From an uncultured Clostridia bacterium (GTDB lineage: Bacteria; Bacillota; Clostridia; TANB77; CAG-508): a DNA stretch of 64,000 nucleotides. A program made the translations under genes and the position numbers. Shown one piece after another: positions 19,652-30,371 of this stretch. Location of the stretch: assembly GCA_944391755.1 (NCBI GenBank), contig CALXUT010000036.1, forward strand, positions 8,186 through 72,185. Reading direction: 5' to 3'. Numbering within the stretch: the first letter of the stretch is position 1; each line of letters starts with the position of its first letter. The notes under the pieces are model-generated. The model ran no database searches. It had not been told where the DNA came from and saw nothing but the letters and a program-made list of their open reading frames with translations.

Positions 19652-20599
19652 ATGTTTATACAAATAATATTAATAATATTAGGATTTATATTATTAATAA
19701 AAGGTGCAGATTTACTTGTAGAAGGCTCAAGTCAAATTGCAAAAAAACTACATATCTCTGAAATTATAATTGGATTAACAATTGTTTCTATAGGAACATC
19801 TATGCCTGAATTATTTGTAAGCACAAAATCTGCATTAGAAGGATATTCAGATATATCAATCGGAAATATTATAGGAAGTAATATTTGTAATTTATTATTA
19901 ATACTAGGTTTATCAGCAATTATAAGACCAGTAACATTTAAGAAACAAACTAAGCTAGTAGAAAATCCAATATCCATAGTATTTTCTATCTTATTTTTAG
20001 TGATATGCAATATAAATCAAGATATAAGTAGAGAAGAAGGCATTATACTAATCATATTATTTATATTATTTTTGATTTATACGATTTATATGGGAGTAAG
20101 AAGTCAAAAAAACAGTACCATCATACAATTAGAAGAAACAAAGGAAATAAACCTCGCAAAAAATATAGTTTTCATTATATTAGGAATTTCTATATTAAAA
20201 ATAGGAGCTGATTTAGTAGTATATAATTCTAAAATGATAGCAACAACATTAAATGTAAGTGAAAAAGTAATAGGACTAACAATAGTAGCAATAGGAACAA
20301 GTTTGCCAGAATTAGTAACAAGTATAACTGCAGCAATGAAAGGAGATAGTGATATTGCGATAGGAAATATAGTAGGTTCCAATATATTTAACATGTTAAT
20401 GATAATTGGTATTGCATCCATCATAAAACCAATAGAATATAATATTACTTATAATTTCCAAATGATTATATTATTGATAGGAATTCTTTTTATGTTAATA
20501 TTTCCATTTTTAAAGCCAAAAAACAAATTATCAAGATGGAAGGGATTAGTTTTTATAATCTTATATCTAGTATATTTGTTAGAACTAATCATAAATTGA
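19652..20599 (+). CDS. Ca2+/cation antiporter, CaCA family (YrbG-like Na+/Ca2+ exchanger). ATG 19652 preferred over the track start 19583
   Basis: Two alpha-repeat motifs (GTSMPELFVS and GTSLPELVTS). 10 TM segments. GGTGG RBS. Confidence 0.8.
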   Translation: MFIQIILIILGFILLIKGADLLVEGSSQIAKKLHISEIIIGLTIVSIGTSMPELFVSTKSALEGYSDISIGNIIGSNICNLLLILGLSAIIRPVTFKKQTKLVENPISIVFSILFLVICNINQDISREEGIILIILFILFLIYTIYMGVRSQKNSTIIQLEETKEINLAKNIVFIILGISILKIGADLVVYNSKMIATTLNVSEKVIGLTIVAIGTSLPELVTSITAAMKGDSDIAIGNIVGSNIFNMLMIIGIASIIKPIEYNITYNFQMIILLIGILFMLIFPFLKPKNKLSRWKGLVFIILYLVYLLELIIN

Positions 20600-20621
20600 G
20601 AAACAATAAAAAAATTCAAAA

Positions 20622-20648
20622 ATAGCAAGAAAAATCTTGCTATTTTTA
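20622..20648 (+). terminator. Terminator after the antiporter
   Basis: ATAGCAAGA-AAAA-TCTTGCTAT followed by TTTTT. Confidence 0.6.
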
Positions 20649-20700
20649 AATTTGCATAGTAAAATATACTCAGAAAATAAGGTCGAAGGGAGAGACTATT

Positions 20701-23007
20701 TTGAAAAAGGTAAACAAAGAACAAGAACTAGCAAAAAAATTAGAATATATAGGATTAAATTTAGAAGAAATACCAGAAACATTAAAATTAGTAGAAGACT
20801 TACAATTTAAACCAAATGTAGGATTTGATGAAAAAAAATACAGACAATACAGATTTGTGTCTCCTAAAGAAATCGAAATATTATTATCACCAACAAATAG
20901 ACTAGAGGATATAAAAGAAAAATATTCAAAAGCAAGTCCGCTAGTAGAATATTTAGTACCAGTTGAAGGACAAAATGAAGAAAAATGTGAAACATTTAAA
21001 AAAATGTTAAGAGAAGTAAAGATAGAAGAAATAGAAAAAATAGAACAAGACCAACAAAACTTAAACAAAAAAATACCTTTTAAAGTAAGATATCCAGGAA
21101 ATTATTTATGGCAAATATATTATTCTTCAGCAAGTAATAAATATTTTATGATAGTACCAACAGAAGATAAGGACTATTCAACATTTTTCTATGTACTAAA
21201 AAAACAAATAGAAAAGAAAAAAGCAGGAAAAGTCTTTGTCCCAATAAGTAATGCAGATTATTCAAAAGAACTATTAAATAAAACAGAAATACAAAGTTTA
21301 GAAAACTATTTATGGTTATTCACAAAAGATTGGCCATCTATATATGAAGTATATGACAAAACTGAAAAAGCAAGTTTACAAATTGTAGGAACAACTGAAG
21401 TTTATGGAAAAATCAAATCAGAATATAAAGTAAAACTAAATAATAAGATAGAAGCAAATAAATTCTTTAAATTAGTAAAAGCATTATTTATTTTACAATC
21501 AGAACTATCAAGTTATTATAAATTTGAAACGCAGATAGACAAACAAGGAAGCATAGAGTTCTATTATGAAGGGCAATTATTAGAATATGATGCTTTAAGT
21601 GATTGGGTAAATGTACAATACAAAAAATTATTAGAAATACAAAAAAATGCAACAAAAGAAAATGTTGAACTATCAGAAAAACTAAGAAAATTAAAACACC
21701 AATCAGAAGAACTAGAAATGGAATATTTAGCAAAAGAGAAGCAAATATCCACATTCTTAGAATGTAAAAAAACATTTTTTGGTAAAGTAAAATACTTTTT
21801 TAAATATAGTGGTAAAAAATCAAAAAGAAAAGAAGAAAAAGCAATAGAAGTAAAAGACGAAAAAATAAAACCAGAAAAAGAAGAAATTATAGACGAAGAA
21901 TTAAAAAGACAATATACATTAGATGAATTATTGGCAAAAGGAAAAAAAGCTTACGAAAAAGATACACAAGTAAAAAATGCAAAAATGGACATCAATGCAT
22001 TAAAATTAAAGAATGTCAATTTAGTAAAGAAAATTGAAAATGCAACAGCATATATAGCAGAGATAGACAGTCATAAAAAGAGTATATTTGAATTCTGGAA
22101 ATATAGTAACAAAGACGAGGTCCAAGCACTAGAAGAAGGAGAAGAAGAGCTAATAAATGTAAAACCACATTCTAAAATATTTGATTATGAAGAAGATTTT
22201 GACGAATTTGGAACCAATATAGATAAAATACAAAGAGCAATTTTAACAAAAGAAGAATTAGATTCCGTATATTTAGCAACAACCAATCAAATAGAAATCA
22301 TGAATAAGTTAAAAACAAATACAACAGAACCAAAAGAATTAGACAGATGGTTAAAACAAATAAAAACAGACTTAAAGAATGACAAAAATATGTCAGAAGA
22401 GGAAGTAATTGATATATTTGGAAGTTTATCAGAAGATACAAGAAAAGTAACAAAATTAGCTAATAAATCACATAGAGAACAACCAAAAAATAAATATTCT
22501 ATCCTAAGAATATCAAAAGAAGTAAAAACAGTAGATTATAAAGTAGCCTTAAATAATGCAATAAGAACGATAGATAAAGCTTTAGAAAAAAATCAATTAG
22601 GACAAGATATTTCAGCATATGCTTGGAATGAAGAAGAAAACTTAGATCCAAATAAAATCAATATATTTAATTTAAATCCAGAAAAAGAAATAGAAGAAGC
22701 ACTGAAAACAACAGAAAACACAAAGATAACATTATATAAGATGAACATAGGAAAAGGAGTAAAAATAGTAGCTTTTTCAAATTGTGTATATTTTGATAAT
22801 CAAAATAAAACTTTACCTTTAGGAATGGATAAAGATACTAGATTAATAGCTAAACTATTAGATACAGATATTCATTTAGATAGTAAAAAAGTAGTTAAAG
22901 TAGGTAGATTAGAAGATGAAAAAGATGAAGCATCTAAATTAATCATAAAAACAATAAATGTATTGGAATATACAATAAAACCAATAGAAAAACAGGATGG
23001 AAAATAA
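20701..23007 (+). CDS. Hypothetical 768-aa Lys/Glu-rich protein with predicted coiled-coil segments. TTG start, no TM segment, no recognisable catalytic motif
   Basis: Long ORF ending 10 nt upstream of era (operonic). No Walker, HEPN or nuclease motifs seen. Confidence 0.55.
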   Translation: MKKVNKEQELAKKLEYIGLNLEEIPETLKLVEDLQFKPNVGFDEKKYRQYRFVSPKEIEILLSPTNRLEDIKEKYSKASPLVEYLVPVEGQNEEKCETFKKMLREVKIEEIEKIEQDQQNLNKKIPFKVRYPGNYLWQIYYSSASNKYFMIVPTEDKDYSTFFYVLKKQIEKKKAGKVFVPISNADYSKELLNKTEIQSLENYLWLFTKDWPSIYEVYDKTEKASLQIVGTTEVYGKIKSEYKVKLNNKIEANKFFKLVKALFILQSELSSYYKFETQIDKQGSIEFYYEGQLLEYDALSDWVNVQYKKLLEIQKNATKENVELSEKLRKLKHQSEELEMEYLAKEKQISTFLECKKTFFGKVKYFFKYSGKKSKRKEEKAIEVKDEKIKPEKEEIIDEELKRQYTLDELLAKGKKAYEKDTQVKNAKMDINALKLKNVNLVKKIENATAYIAEIDSHKKSIFEFWKYSNKDEVQALEEGEEELINVKPHSKIFDYEEDFDEFGTNIDKIQRAILTKEELDSVYLATTNQIEIMNKLKTNTTEPKELDRWLKQIKTDLKNDKNMSEEEVIDIFGSLSEDTRKVTKLANKSHREQPKNKYSILRISKEVKTVDYKVALNNAIRTIDKALEKNQLGQDISAYAWNEEENLDPNKINIFNLNPEKEIEEALKTTENTKITLYKMNIGKGVKIVAFSNCVYFDNQNKTLPLGMDKDTRLIAKLLDTDIHLDSKKVVKVGRLEDEKDEASKLIIKTINVLEYTIKPIEKQDGK

Positions 23008-23017
23008 CGGAGGAATT

Positions 23018-23920
23018 ATGTCAGAATTTAAATCAGGTTTTGTAGCAATATTAGGTAGAACAAATGTAGGAAAATCAACATTAGTAAATCTACTTGTAGG
23101 AGAAAAAGTAGCTGCAACAGCAAATAAAGTACAAACAACTCGTACTGCAATTAAAGGCATTGTAAATAGAGAAAATTCACAAATCATATTTATAGACACT
23201 CCAGGGATTCATAAACCAAAAACAATGTTAAACGAAACAATGGTAGAAACATCATTTGGCGTACTAAAAGATATAGATTTAATATTATTTGTCATAGAAG
23301 CGACAAGTGAAGAGATTGGAAGAGGAGACAGAAGAATCCTCGAAAAAATTAAGGAATCTGGCAAAAAAGCAATACTCATTATCAATAAAATAGACTTAGT
23401 AAAAAAAGAAACACTATTACATTTAATTGATATATATCAAAAAGAATATAATTTTGAAGCTGTGATTCCCATATCATCTTTAAAAAGCAAATACAAAGAT
23501 ATTATTTTAGATGAAATAGAGAAGCACTTAAAACCAGGACCTGCATATTATAATATAGAAGAATATACTGACCAGACTTTAAGACAACTTGCAGAAGAAA
23601 CCATTCGAGAAAAAGCATTATTACTTTTACAAGACGAAGTACCACATGGTATCTATGTTGAAGTTGAAAAAATGAAATATAGAAAAAATCAAAAAGGTGA
23701 GGGCATATATGACATAGAAGCAACGATATACTGTTTAAGAGAATCACACAAAGGGATTATTATAGGAAAACAAGGAAATATGTTAAAAAGAATTGGGCAA
23801 TCAGCAAGAATCGATATGGAAAAAAACTTTGGAACAAAAGTGAATTTAAAAACATGGGTAAAAGTAAAAGAGGATTGGCAAGAAGATGCTTCAATTGTAA
23901 AAAGATTTAAATTACAATAA
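23018..23920 (+). CDS. era: GTPase Era (ATG 23018 preferred)
   Basis: G1 GRTNVGKST, G3 DTPG, G4 NKID, and a C-terminal KH domain. GGAGG RBS. Confidence 0.92.
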   Translation: MSEFKSGFVAILGRTNVGKSTLVNLLVGEKVAATANKVQTTRTAIKGIVNRENSQIIFIDTPGIHKPKTMLNETMVETSFGVLKDIDLILFVIEATSEEIGRGDRRILEKIKESGKKAILIINKIDLVKKETLLHLIDIYQKEYNFEAVIPISSLKSKYKDIILDEIEKHLKPGPAYYNIEEYTDQTLRQLAEETIREKALLLLQDEVPHGIYVEVEKMKYRKNQKGEGIYDIEATIYCLRESHKGIIIGKQGNMLKRIGQSARIDMEKNFGTKVNLKTWVKVKEDWQEDASIVKRFKLQ

Positions 23921-23981
23921 ATTTTGTTTTTGAATAAATTATATAAAAAATGCAAAAGATATGATTAAAGGAAGTGAGCTT

Positions 23982-24137
23982 ATGATTAAAAAAATTGCAT
24001 GGGAAACCTTTAAAAATACTGGAGATGTAAATACGTTTTTGGAATTACAACAAATAAAAAACATAGAAGAACAAATACAAGGACAAAAGGCGGAACAAAA
24101 TGGGAACAATAAAAATGAGTGGAATCATAATTTGTGA
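23982..24137 (+). CDS. yqzL: YqzL-like small protein (51 aa); absent from the ORF track
   Basis: MIKKIAWETFKNTGDVNTFLELQQIKNIEE resembles the YqzL family. Conserved era-yqzL-recO position. AAGGAAGTGAG RBS. Overlaps the recO start. Confidence 0.5.
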   Translation: MIKKIAWETFKNTGDVNTFLELQQIKNIEEQIQGQKAEQNGNNKNEWNHNL

Positions 24138-24804
24138 AAATAATTTTGGAGACTATGACAAGATGCTAACAATGTTAACACCAGGTCTAGGAAAAATTTC
24201 GTGTGTTGCAAAAGGGGCAAGACGACCAAAAAGTGCCTTGCTTGCTGGCACACAATTTTTATGTTTTGGAGAATACCTCATGTATAAAGGAGCCAATACA
24301 TACACAATAAATTCTTGTGAAACAATAGAAGTGTTTTATAATTTACGTACAGATTTGGACAAGTTAAACAATGCTGTATATATAACAAAAATAATAAGAG
24401 ATGTTACAGAAGAAAACCAAAATTGTTATAAAATATTACAATTATTTTTAAATACGCTATATACATTATCAGAAACAGACAAAAATCCAGAATTAGTTAT
24501 TAGTGTATTTAAATTAAAATTATTATGTTATTTAGGATTTACACCACGAATAAGTGAATGTATAAACTGTAAACAAAAAGAGAATTTACAATATTTTAGT
24601 TTAAAAGATAATGGTTTTAAATGTAGCGCATGTGCAAAACAAGATAAAAGTTGTTTAAGTATGAGTGAAAGTACAGCAAATGCAATAAGATATATCGTAA
24701 TGGCACCTGCAAAAAAATTATATTCCTTTAATTTAAAAGATGAATCATTAAATGAATTAAAATTAATTACAAAATTATATTTTGATGAAAAATTGGAATT
24801 ATAG
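24100..24804 (+). CDS. recO: DNA repair protein RecO
   Basis: N-terminal OB fold and a C4 zinc finger (CINC...CSAC). 234 aa. Start could be 24100 or 24115. Confidence 0.85.
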   Translation: MGTIKMSGIIICENNFGDYDKMLTMLTPGLGKISCVAKGARRPKSALLAGTQFLCFGEYLMYKGANTYTINSCETIEVFYNLRTDLDKLNNAVYITKIIRDVTEENQNCYKILQLFLNTLYTLSETDKNPELVISVFKLKLLCYLGFTPRISECINCKQKENLQYFSLKDNGFKCSACAKQDKSCLSMSESTANAIRYIVMAPAKKLYSFNLKDESLNELKLITKLYFDEKLEL

Positions 24805-24967
24805 AACCATCATCTATTTTTCCATTTTTTTTATTTATATATAAAAATCTGTTTTTAAAAAAATATAAGAAATTTTGCATAAAATGATGAAATATTAGAA
24901 AAACAATGATATAATGTGACCGTATTATAATGGAATAATATAACTATAAAAATGAAAGGATTTTCAT

Positions 24968-25981
24968 ATGGAAGAAATAGTGGATATATTAGTAACAACC
25001 TATAATACCAAAGAAAAATTTTTAAGAAAACAAATCGAGAGCCTATTAAAACAAACTTATACCAATATAAAAATCTATATTAGTGATGATAGGTCAACAG
25101 ATGAAAATATTCAAAATATTTTAAAAGAATATGAAGAAAAAGATAAAAGAATAAAAGTTTTTATACAGCCAATTAATCTTGGTTATAATAAAAATTTTGA
25201 ATTCTTATTAAAAAAGTCCAAAGCAAATTATATCATGTTTTGTGACCATGATGATGTATGGCACAAAGATAAAGTTGAAAAATGTTTGAAAAAGATTCAG
25301 GAAGAAAAAGTAGATATGGTATATTGCAATTGTAGACAAATAGACCAAGATGGAATTGTATTACAAGATGATTATTTTAAATACAAAAATGTACCATTAA
25401 TAAATGGAAAAAATAAATTAGCAATCAGTAGATGTGTGGGAATAGGGTGTTCCCAAATGATAACAAAAGAAGTTCGAAACAAAATGATACCATTTAAAAA
25501 ATATGTAATCGCACATGACTGGTTAGCGGCATTTATTGCAAATGAAGAAAATGGAATGACATATATTGAAGAACCTTTATTTGATTATCGATTACACACA
25601 GATAATGTATTTGGAGGAAGAGATTTAAATAGCAATATTTTAAGATGGAAAGAAAAATACGGTAATGGATATGAATCTTATTTAAAATATAGAAAAGATG
25701 TAATAGAAACGGCATATTTAAATGGAATCATCATGTGTAATCAATATTGTAAAGAAGAAGAAAATAGACTATTTATTTTAGAAACAAAAAGATATTATGA
25801 AACACTATTAGAGTCTAAAAAAATAAATTGGAACATCAAAAAATATTTTCATACATTGTATGGGAAAAATCAATTCAAGAAAAGTATAAGAGAAATCATA
25901 TTATTCCATTTTCCAATAATCGGATATATAAAATTTGCTAGAGTTAAAGTAAAAAGCAAATATAAAATGTTAAGTGACTAG
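24968..25981 (+). CDS. Glycosyltransferase family 2 (WbbL/rhamnosyl- or hexosyltransferase-like)
   Basis: LVTTYN...DDRSTD...CDHDD DxD pattern. Paralog of the 29350 gene. Confidence 0.8.
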   Translation: MEEIVDILVTTYNTKEKFLRKQIESLLKQTYTNIKIYISDDRSTDENIQNILKEYEEKDKRIKVFIQPINLGYNKNFEFLLKKSKANYIMFCDHDDVWHKDKVEKCLKKIQEEKVDMVYCNCRQIDQDGIVLQDDYFKYKNVPLINGKNKLAISRCVGIGCSQMITKEVRNKMIPFKKYVIAHDWLAAFIANEENGMTYIEEPLFDYRLHTDNVFGGRDLNSNILRWKEKYGNGYESYLKYRKDVIETAYLNGIIMCNQYCKEEENRLFILETKRYYETLLESKKINWNIKKYFHTLYGKNQFKKSIREIILFHFPIIGYIKFARVKVKSKYKMLSD

Positions 25982-25995
25982 AAAGGATTAGTATA

Positions 25996-26787
25996 ATGGA
26001 ATTTATAAAAGCAGTGATAAAAAACAAAAAATTAATATGGCAATTAGGAAAAAATGATTTCAAAAATAGATTTGCCAATACAAGTTTAGGTGCAATATGG
26101 GGATTTTTACAACCTTTCATTTTCATGATTACATATGCAATCGTATTTCAATTTATTCTAAAAACAGGAAGTAGTGGAGAATATCCATATGCCGTATGGT
26201 TTTTTCCAGGAATGGCAATGTGGCAATGGCTAAATGATAGCATCATATCAGCAAGTAATTCTATAAGAAATTATAGTTACCTAGTAAAAAAAGTAGTATT
26301 CCCAGTAGATGTAATCCCAACAATATCTATAGTAGCATCAAGTTTTGTAGGATTATTTTTAATTGTAATTGCAACAGTGTTATGTTTAATTTATAAGTAT
26401 ATACCAAATATTTTATTATTAATATATGTAATTCTTGCAGCATACTGTTTTATAATTGCACTTACTAGGTTTACATCAGCAATTACAACCGTAGTTCCAG
26501 ACTTTGCAAATTTTTTAGGAATAGCTATGCAATTATTTTTCTGGTTTACACCAGTCATATGGGATCTAAGTATGTTAGCAGAACATCCAATTTTATCAGT
26601 CATCATGAGATGTTCACCTTTTACATACTTAGTAACCGCATTTAGGCAAGTATTCTTAGATGAAAATATCATATTTTCACAATATGGACTATATACAATC
26701 GTATTTTGGGTAATAACAATACTATTGTTTGTATGGGGAAATTCTGTATTTAAGAGAACGAAAAAGGATTTTGCAGATGTCTTATAA
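25996..26787 (+). CDS. ABC-2 type polysaccharide/teichoic-acid exporter permease (Wzm/TagG-like)
   Basis: 6-TM ABC-2 permease. Located immediately upstream of the ATPase. Confidence 0.8.
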   Translation: MEFIKAVIKNKKLIWQLGKNDFKNRFANTSLGAIWGFLQPFIFMITYAIVFQFILKTGSSGEYPYAVWFFPGMAMWQWLNDSIISASNSIRNYSYLVKKVVFPVDVIPTISIVASSFVGLFLIVIATVLCLIYKYIPNILLLIYVILAAYCFIIALTRFTSAITTVVPDFANFLGIAMQLFFWFTPVIWDLSMLAEHPILSVIMRCSPFTYLVTAFRQVFLDENIIFSQYGLYTIVFWVITILLFVWGNSVFKRTKKDFADVL

Positions 26788-26801
26788 AATGGAGGATAGA
26801 A

Positions 26802-28100
26802 ATGAGTGAAAAACAAGAAGAGGCAGTTATAGAAATCAAAGATTTAGTAAAAAAATATAAAATGTTTAATAGAAAACAAGATAGATTAATAGAAACAATT
26901 TTTCCAAGTATAATAAAGCATAAAGATTTTACAGCCATGAACCACTTAGATTTAACAATAAAAAAAGGAGAAGTATTAGGAATTCTTGGAAAAAATGGAG
27001 CTGGAAAATCAACTTTGTTAAAAATGATAACAGGAGTTGTAGTACCAACATCAGGAACTTTAAAAGTCAATGGAAAAGTAAGCTCTTTACTTGAACTTGG
27101 AGCAGCTTTTAATATGGATTTAACAGGAGAAGAAAATATCTATCAACATGGAGAAGTCATGGGATTGACACACGAAGAAATAGAGGCAACAAAACAAGAT
27201 GTCATAGATTTTGCAGATGTAGGAGACCATTTATATCAACCTGTAAAAACGTACTCTTCAGGAATGTTTGCAAGATTGGCATTTGCATGTGCAATAAATG
27301 TAGATCCAGACATATTAATTGTTGATGAAGTATTATCTGTAGGAGATATGGCATTTCAATTAAAATGTTTTAAAAAATTTGAGGAGTTTAAAGCAAAAGG
27401 AAAGACAATTTTATTTGTTACACATAATGTTGGTGATGTTTTAGATAATTGCAATCGAGTCATCATTTTAAATTCTGGAGAGAAAATTTTCGATGGAGAA
27501 ACAAAAGAAGGTGTCGAAACATATAAAAAATTAATTACAGGAATGTTAGATTCCAATACGATTATAAATAAAAATGAAAATACCGTTAAAGAGAAAAATT
27601 TATGGAAAAATCATTTCCATATAAATCCCAATATGATAACATATGGTAATGGTGAAGCTGAAATATATGATTTTGGTATATTTAATAGTAAAGAAGAATT
27701 TGAAACAATGATTGACAATAATGATGAAGTATCAATAAGATTAAAAGTTAGATTTTACAAAGATGTAGAATGTCCTACTTTTTCCATGACAATAAAAGAT
27801 TTTATAGGAAAAGAAATATGTGGAACAAATACAAATATACAAAAAATATATACAGGAAAATGTGAAAAAGGACAAGAATATATTTGTGAGTTTAAACAAA
27901 AAATGAAACTTTCACCAGGTAAATATACATTATCTTTAAGTTGTAGTAAATATAATGCAGATGGTAATTTGATACCAATTAATAGAAATTATGATGCATT
28001 AATATTTGAAGTAATGTCAAAAAATCAGGTTGTTGGATATTTTCAACTTGATACAAAGATAAAGTTTGAAAATATAGAAAAAGGAGGAAATGCTAGTTAG
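26802..28100 (+). CDS. ABC exporter ATP-binding protein (Wzt/TagH-like) with a ~180-aa C-terminal extension
   Basis: Walker A GKNGAGKST, signature YSSGM, Walker B ILIVDE. The extra C-terminal region is predicted beta-rich (Wzt_C-like). Confidence 0.85.
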   Translation: MSEKQEEAVIEIKDLVKKYKMFNRKQDRLIETIFPSIIKHKDFTAMNHLDLTIKKGEVLGILGKNGAGKSTLLKMITGVVVPTSGTLKVNGKVSSLLELGAAFNMDLTGEENIYQHGEVMGLTHEEIEATKQDVIDFADVGDHLYQPVKTYSSGMFARLAFACAINVDPDILIVDEVLSVGDMAFQLKCFKKFEEFKAKGKTILFVTHNVGDVLDNCNRVIILNSGEKIFDGETKEGVETYKKLITGMLDSNTIINKNENTVKEKNLWKNHFHINPNMITYGNGEAEIYDFGIFNSKEEFETMIDNNDEVSIRLKVRFYKDVECPTFSMTIKDFIGKEICGTNTNIQKIYTGKCEKGQEYICEFKQKMKLSPGKYTLSLSCSKYNADGNLIPINRNYDALIFEVMSKNQVVGYFQLDTKIKFENIEKGGNAS

Positions 28101-28124
28101 TATATTGGCATATAATTTGCAAAT

Positions 28125-29357
28125 ATGAAAGAAGAATTACATTTATTCATAATATGGGAAAATGGGAGAGATAAACAAGAAGAAATAATAAATGATATAA
28201 AAAATAATTTTAAAATTATAAAAGTATATGAAGTTCAATGGAATAAAGACATATTTTCAAAAAATTTATCAAGATTTTATGGAACAAATCTTCCAAAAGG
28301 AAGTGGTAAAGAAATTCGTTGCGGAAATGGAAAATTTCTTCTAGTTGTATTAAAAGATACAAAGCCAAAATATGAAGAAAGAGTAACGAGTAAAGGAAAG
28401 AAAATTGTTAATATAAACATGTTTGACAAAAAGGAACAATATAGACAAATTACTGGAGGAGGAGATAAAATCCATGGAACGAACAGCGAAATAGAAACAA
28501 ACCATGATTTAACATTATTACTTGGCAAAAATATAATCGACTTTTTAAAAGTAAATAATAAAGAATGGGATGGAAAAGTAGAAGAAGTTTGCAATGATTT
28601 GTTAGGAGAAAAACAATGGAATACAGTTGAGGAGATGTTTTATGCTTTAAATAATTGTTTAAATTATGCTATATTAAGAAACTATGAATCATTACCAGAT
28701 GAAATCTATGAAAATGATCATAACGATATAGATATCATTTGTGAATCAATGGAAGATGCTGCATATGTATTAAATGCAACACCTGTATTTCATGAAGAGT
28801 ATAGAGTCCATTATCAAACATCAGTAGAAGGAAGAATTGCGTACTTTGACTTAAGACACATAGGCGATAACTATTATTATGAAAAATTGGAAAAAGATAT
28901 ATTAAAAGAAAGAGAATATAATGAAAAAGGCTTTTATACCTTAAATAAGCAAAACTATTTTTATACATTATTATATCATGCATTAATACATAAGCCAATA
29001 TTTAAAGATGATTATAAAGAAAAACTAATGAATATGCAAATTCAAAATGTTGATATGAATACATCCATAGAACTATATGCGAAAATTTTAAAAGACTGGA
29101 TGTTAGAACATGAATATATAATGGTAGACCCGGAAGATAAAACAGTGCCTTTGAATCCAAGAACAACCATATATTTTAAACCATTAATATATAAACCAAA
29201 TGATGAAAAATTAGAAATTGAAAGATTGCAAAAGGAAAATGAAAACTTAAAAAACGAAATAAACAATTTGAAAACCAAACTTGAAGGAATAGAAGATTCA
29301 AGAGCATGGAAATTAACAAAACCTTTAAGAAATATTGTAAAAAAAATAAGAGGTTAA
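28125..29357 (+). CDS. Hypothetical 410-aa protein. N-terminal domain with a possible nucleotidyl/phosphotransferase-like DxD (HNDIDII), then a C-terminal coiled coil and the basic tail SRAWKLTKPLRNIVKKIRG
   Basis: ORF with a weak RBS. Its C-terminus parallels that of the 30372 protein. Confidence 0.5.
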   Translation: MKEELHLFIIWENGRDKQEEIINDIKNNFKIIKVYEVQWNKDIFSKNLSRFYGTNLPKGSGKEIRCGNGKFLLVVLKDTKPKYEERVTSKGKKIVNINMFDKKEQYRQITGGGDKIHGTNSEIETNHDLTLLLGKNIIDFLKVNNKEWDGKVEEVCNDLLGEKQWNTVEEMFYALNNCLNYAILRNYESLPDEIYENDHNDIDIICESMEDAAYVLNATPVFHEEYRVHYQTSVEGRIAYFDLRHIGDNYYYEKLEKDILKEREYNEKGFYTLNKQNYFYTLLYHALIHKPIFKDDYKEKLMNMQIQNVDMNTSIELYAKILKDWMLEHEYIMVDPEDKTVPLNPRTTIYFKPLIYKPNDEKLEIERLQKENENLKNEINNLKTKLEGIEDSRAWKLTKPLRNIVKKIRG

Positions 29358-30349
29358 GCATGGAAAAAATTGATATTTTAATGGCAACATATAATTCAGA
29401 AAAATATATAAGACAGCAAATAGAAAGTATTTTAAATCAAACATATACAAATTTTAGATTAATCATTTCAGATGATTGTTCAAAAGATTCTACAAGAGAA
29501 ATATTGAAAGAATATTCTCAAAAAGATGATAGAATCGTTATATTCTATCAAGAAAAGAATCTTGGGTATGTTGGGAATTTTGAATTTTTATTATCAAAGG
29601 TTCAAGATAATATATATATGTTTTCAGACCATGATGATGTTTGGCTACCAACTAAAGTAGAAAAATCATATCAAAAGTTACAAGAGACGAATGCTGACCT
29701 TGTATTTACAGATTTAGAAATTGTAGACAAAGACTTAAAAACAATATATCCATCTTTTAATGATTATATGAAACTTACTAGAAAAATAAAAAAATTTAAA
29801 AGTGATTATAGATTACAGTATTTATATAATTGTATAACTGGATGTACGCTTATGGCAAAAAAGAAATTTTTTGATAAAATTCTACCATTAACAAGAGATT
29901 CTAAGTATGTTATTCATGATTATTGGATAGGATTAGTATATGCACTATATGGAAAAGTAGAATATTTAAATGAACCAACAATTAAATATAGACAACATGG
30001 GGATAATCAAGTAGGAACAGATAAAATTTCTCATAAATTTACGAAGATGGAGGGTGTAAGAAATTTATTTATTGATGTAAAAATACAATTATTTAAAACA
30101 TATGTAAATCATGAAGATATATTTCCAGATAAACTAAAAAGCATGAATAAAAAAGCTTTACATTATTATATGGACATACAAGATAAAAAAATAATAAATT
30201 TAAAGAATTGGTCTGTATTTCATATGTTATATAAAAATGAAACAGTTATATATTATCTAGAAAATTTTATAATTATGAATCTTCCAATTGTTGGAAGGTT
30301 ACTATTCCAAATAAGACACTTTATTTTAAAAATACTAGGAAAAAGATAG
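29350..30349 (+). CDS. Glycosyltransferase family 2 (paralog of 24968; ATG 29350 preferred)
   Basis: ILMATYN...SDDCSKD...SDHDD. AAGAGG RBS. Confidence 0.8.
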
Positions 30350-30371
30350 TAAAAGGAAAGGGGAAAAAAAC

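Noticed and set aside
20701-23007. The 768-aa orphan as a defence (HEPN/ATPase) protein
   Set aside because: No Walker A/B, HEPN Rx4-6H, nuclease or SMC hinge motifs were found. The composition is structural and coiled-coil-like.
24805-24967. Promoter for the glycan operon (TG-n-TATAAT at 24907-24915)
   Set aside because: An extended -10 is visible, but no properly spaced -35 element is present. The AT-rich context gives many such matches, so it is not confident enough to list as a feature.
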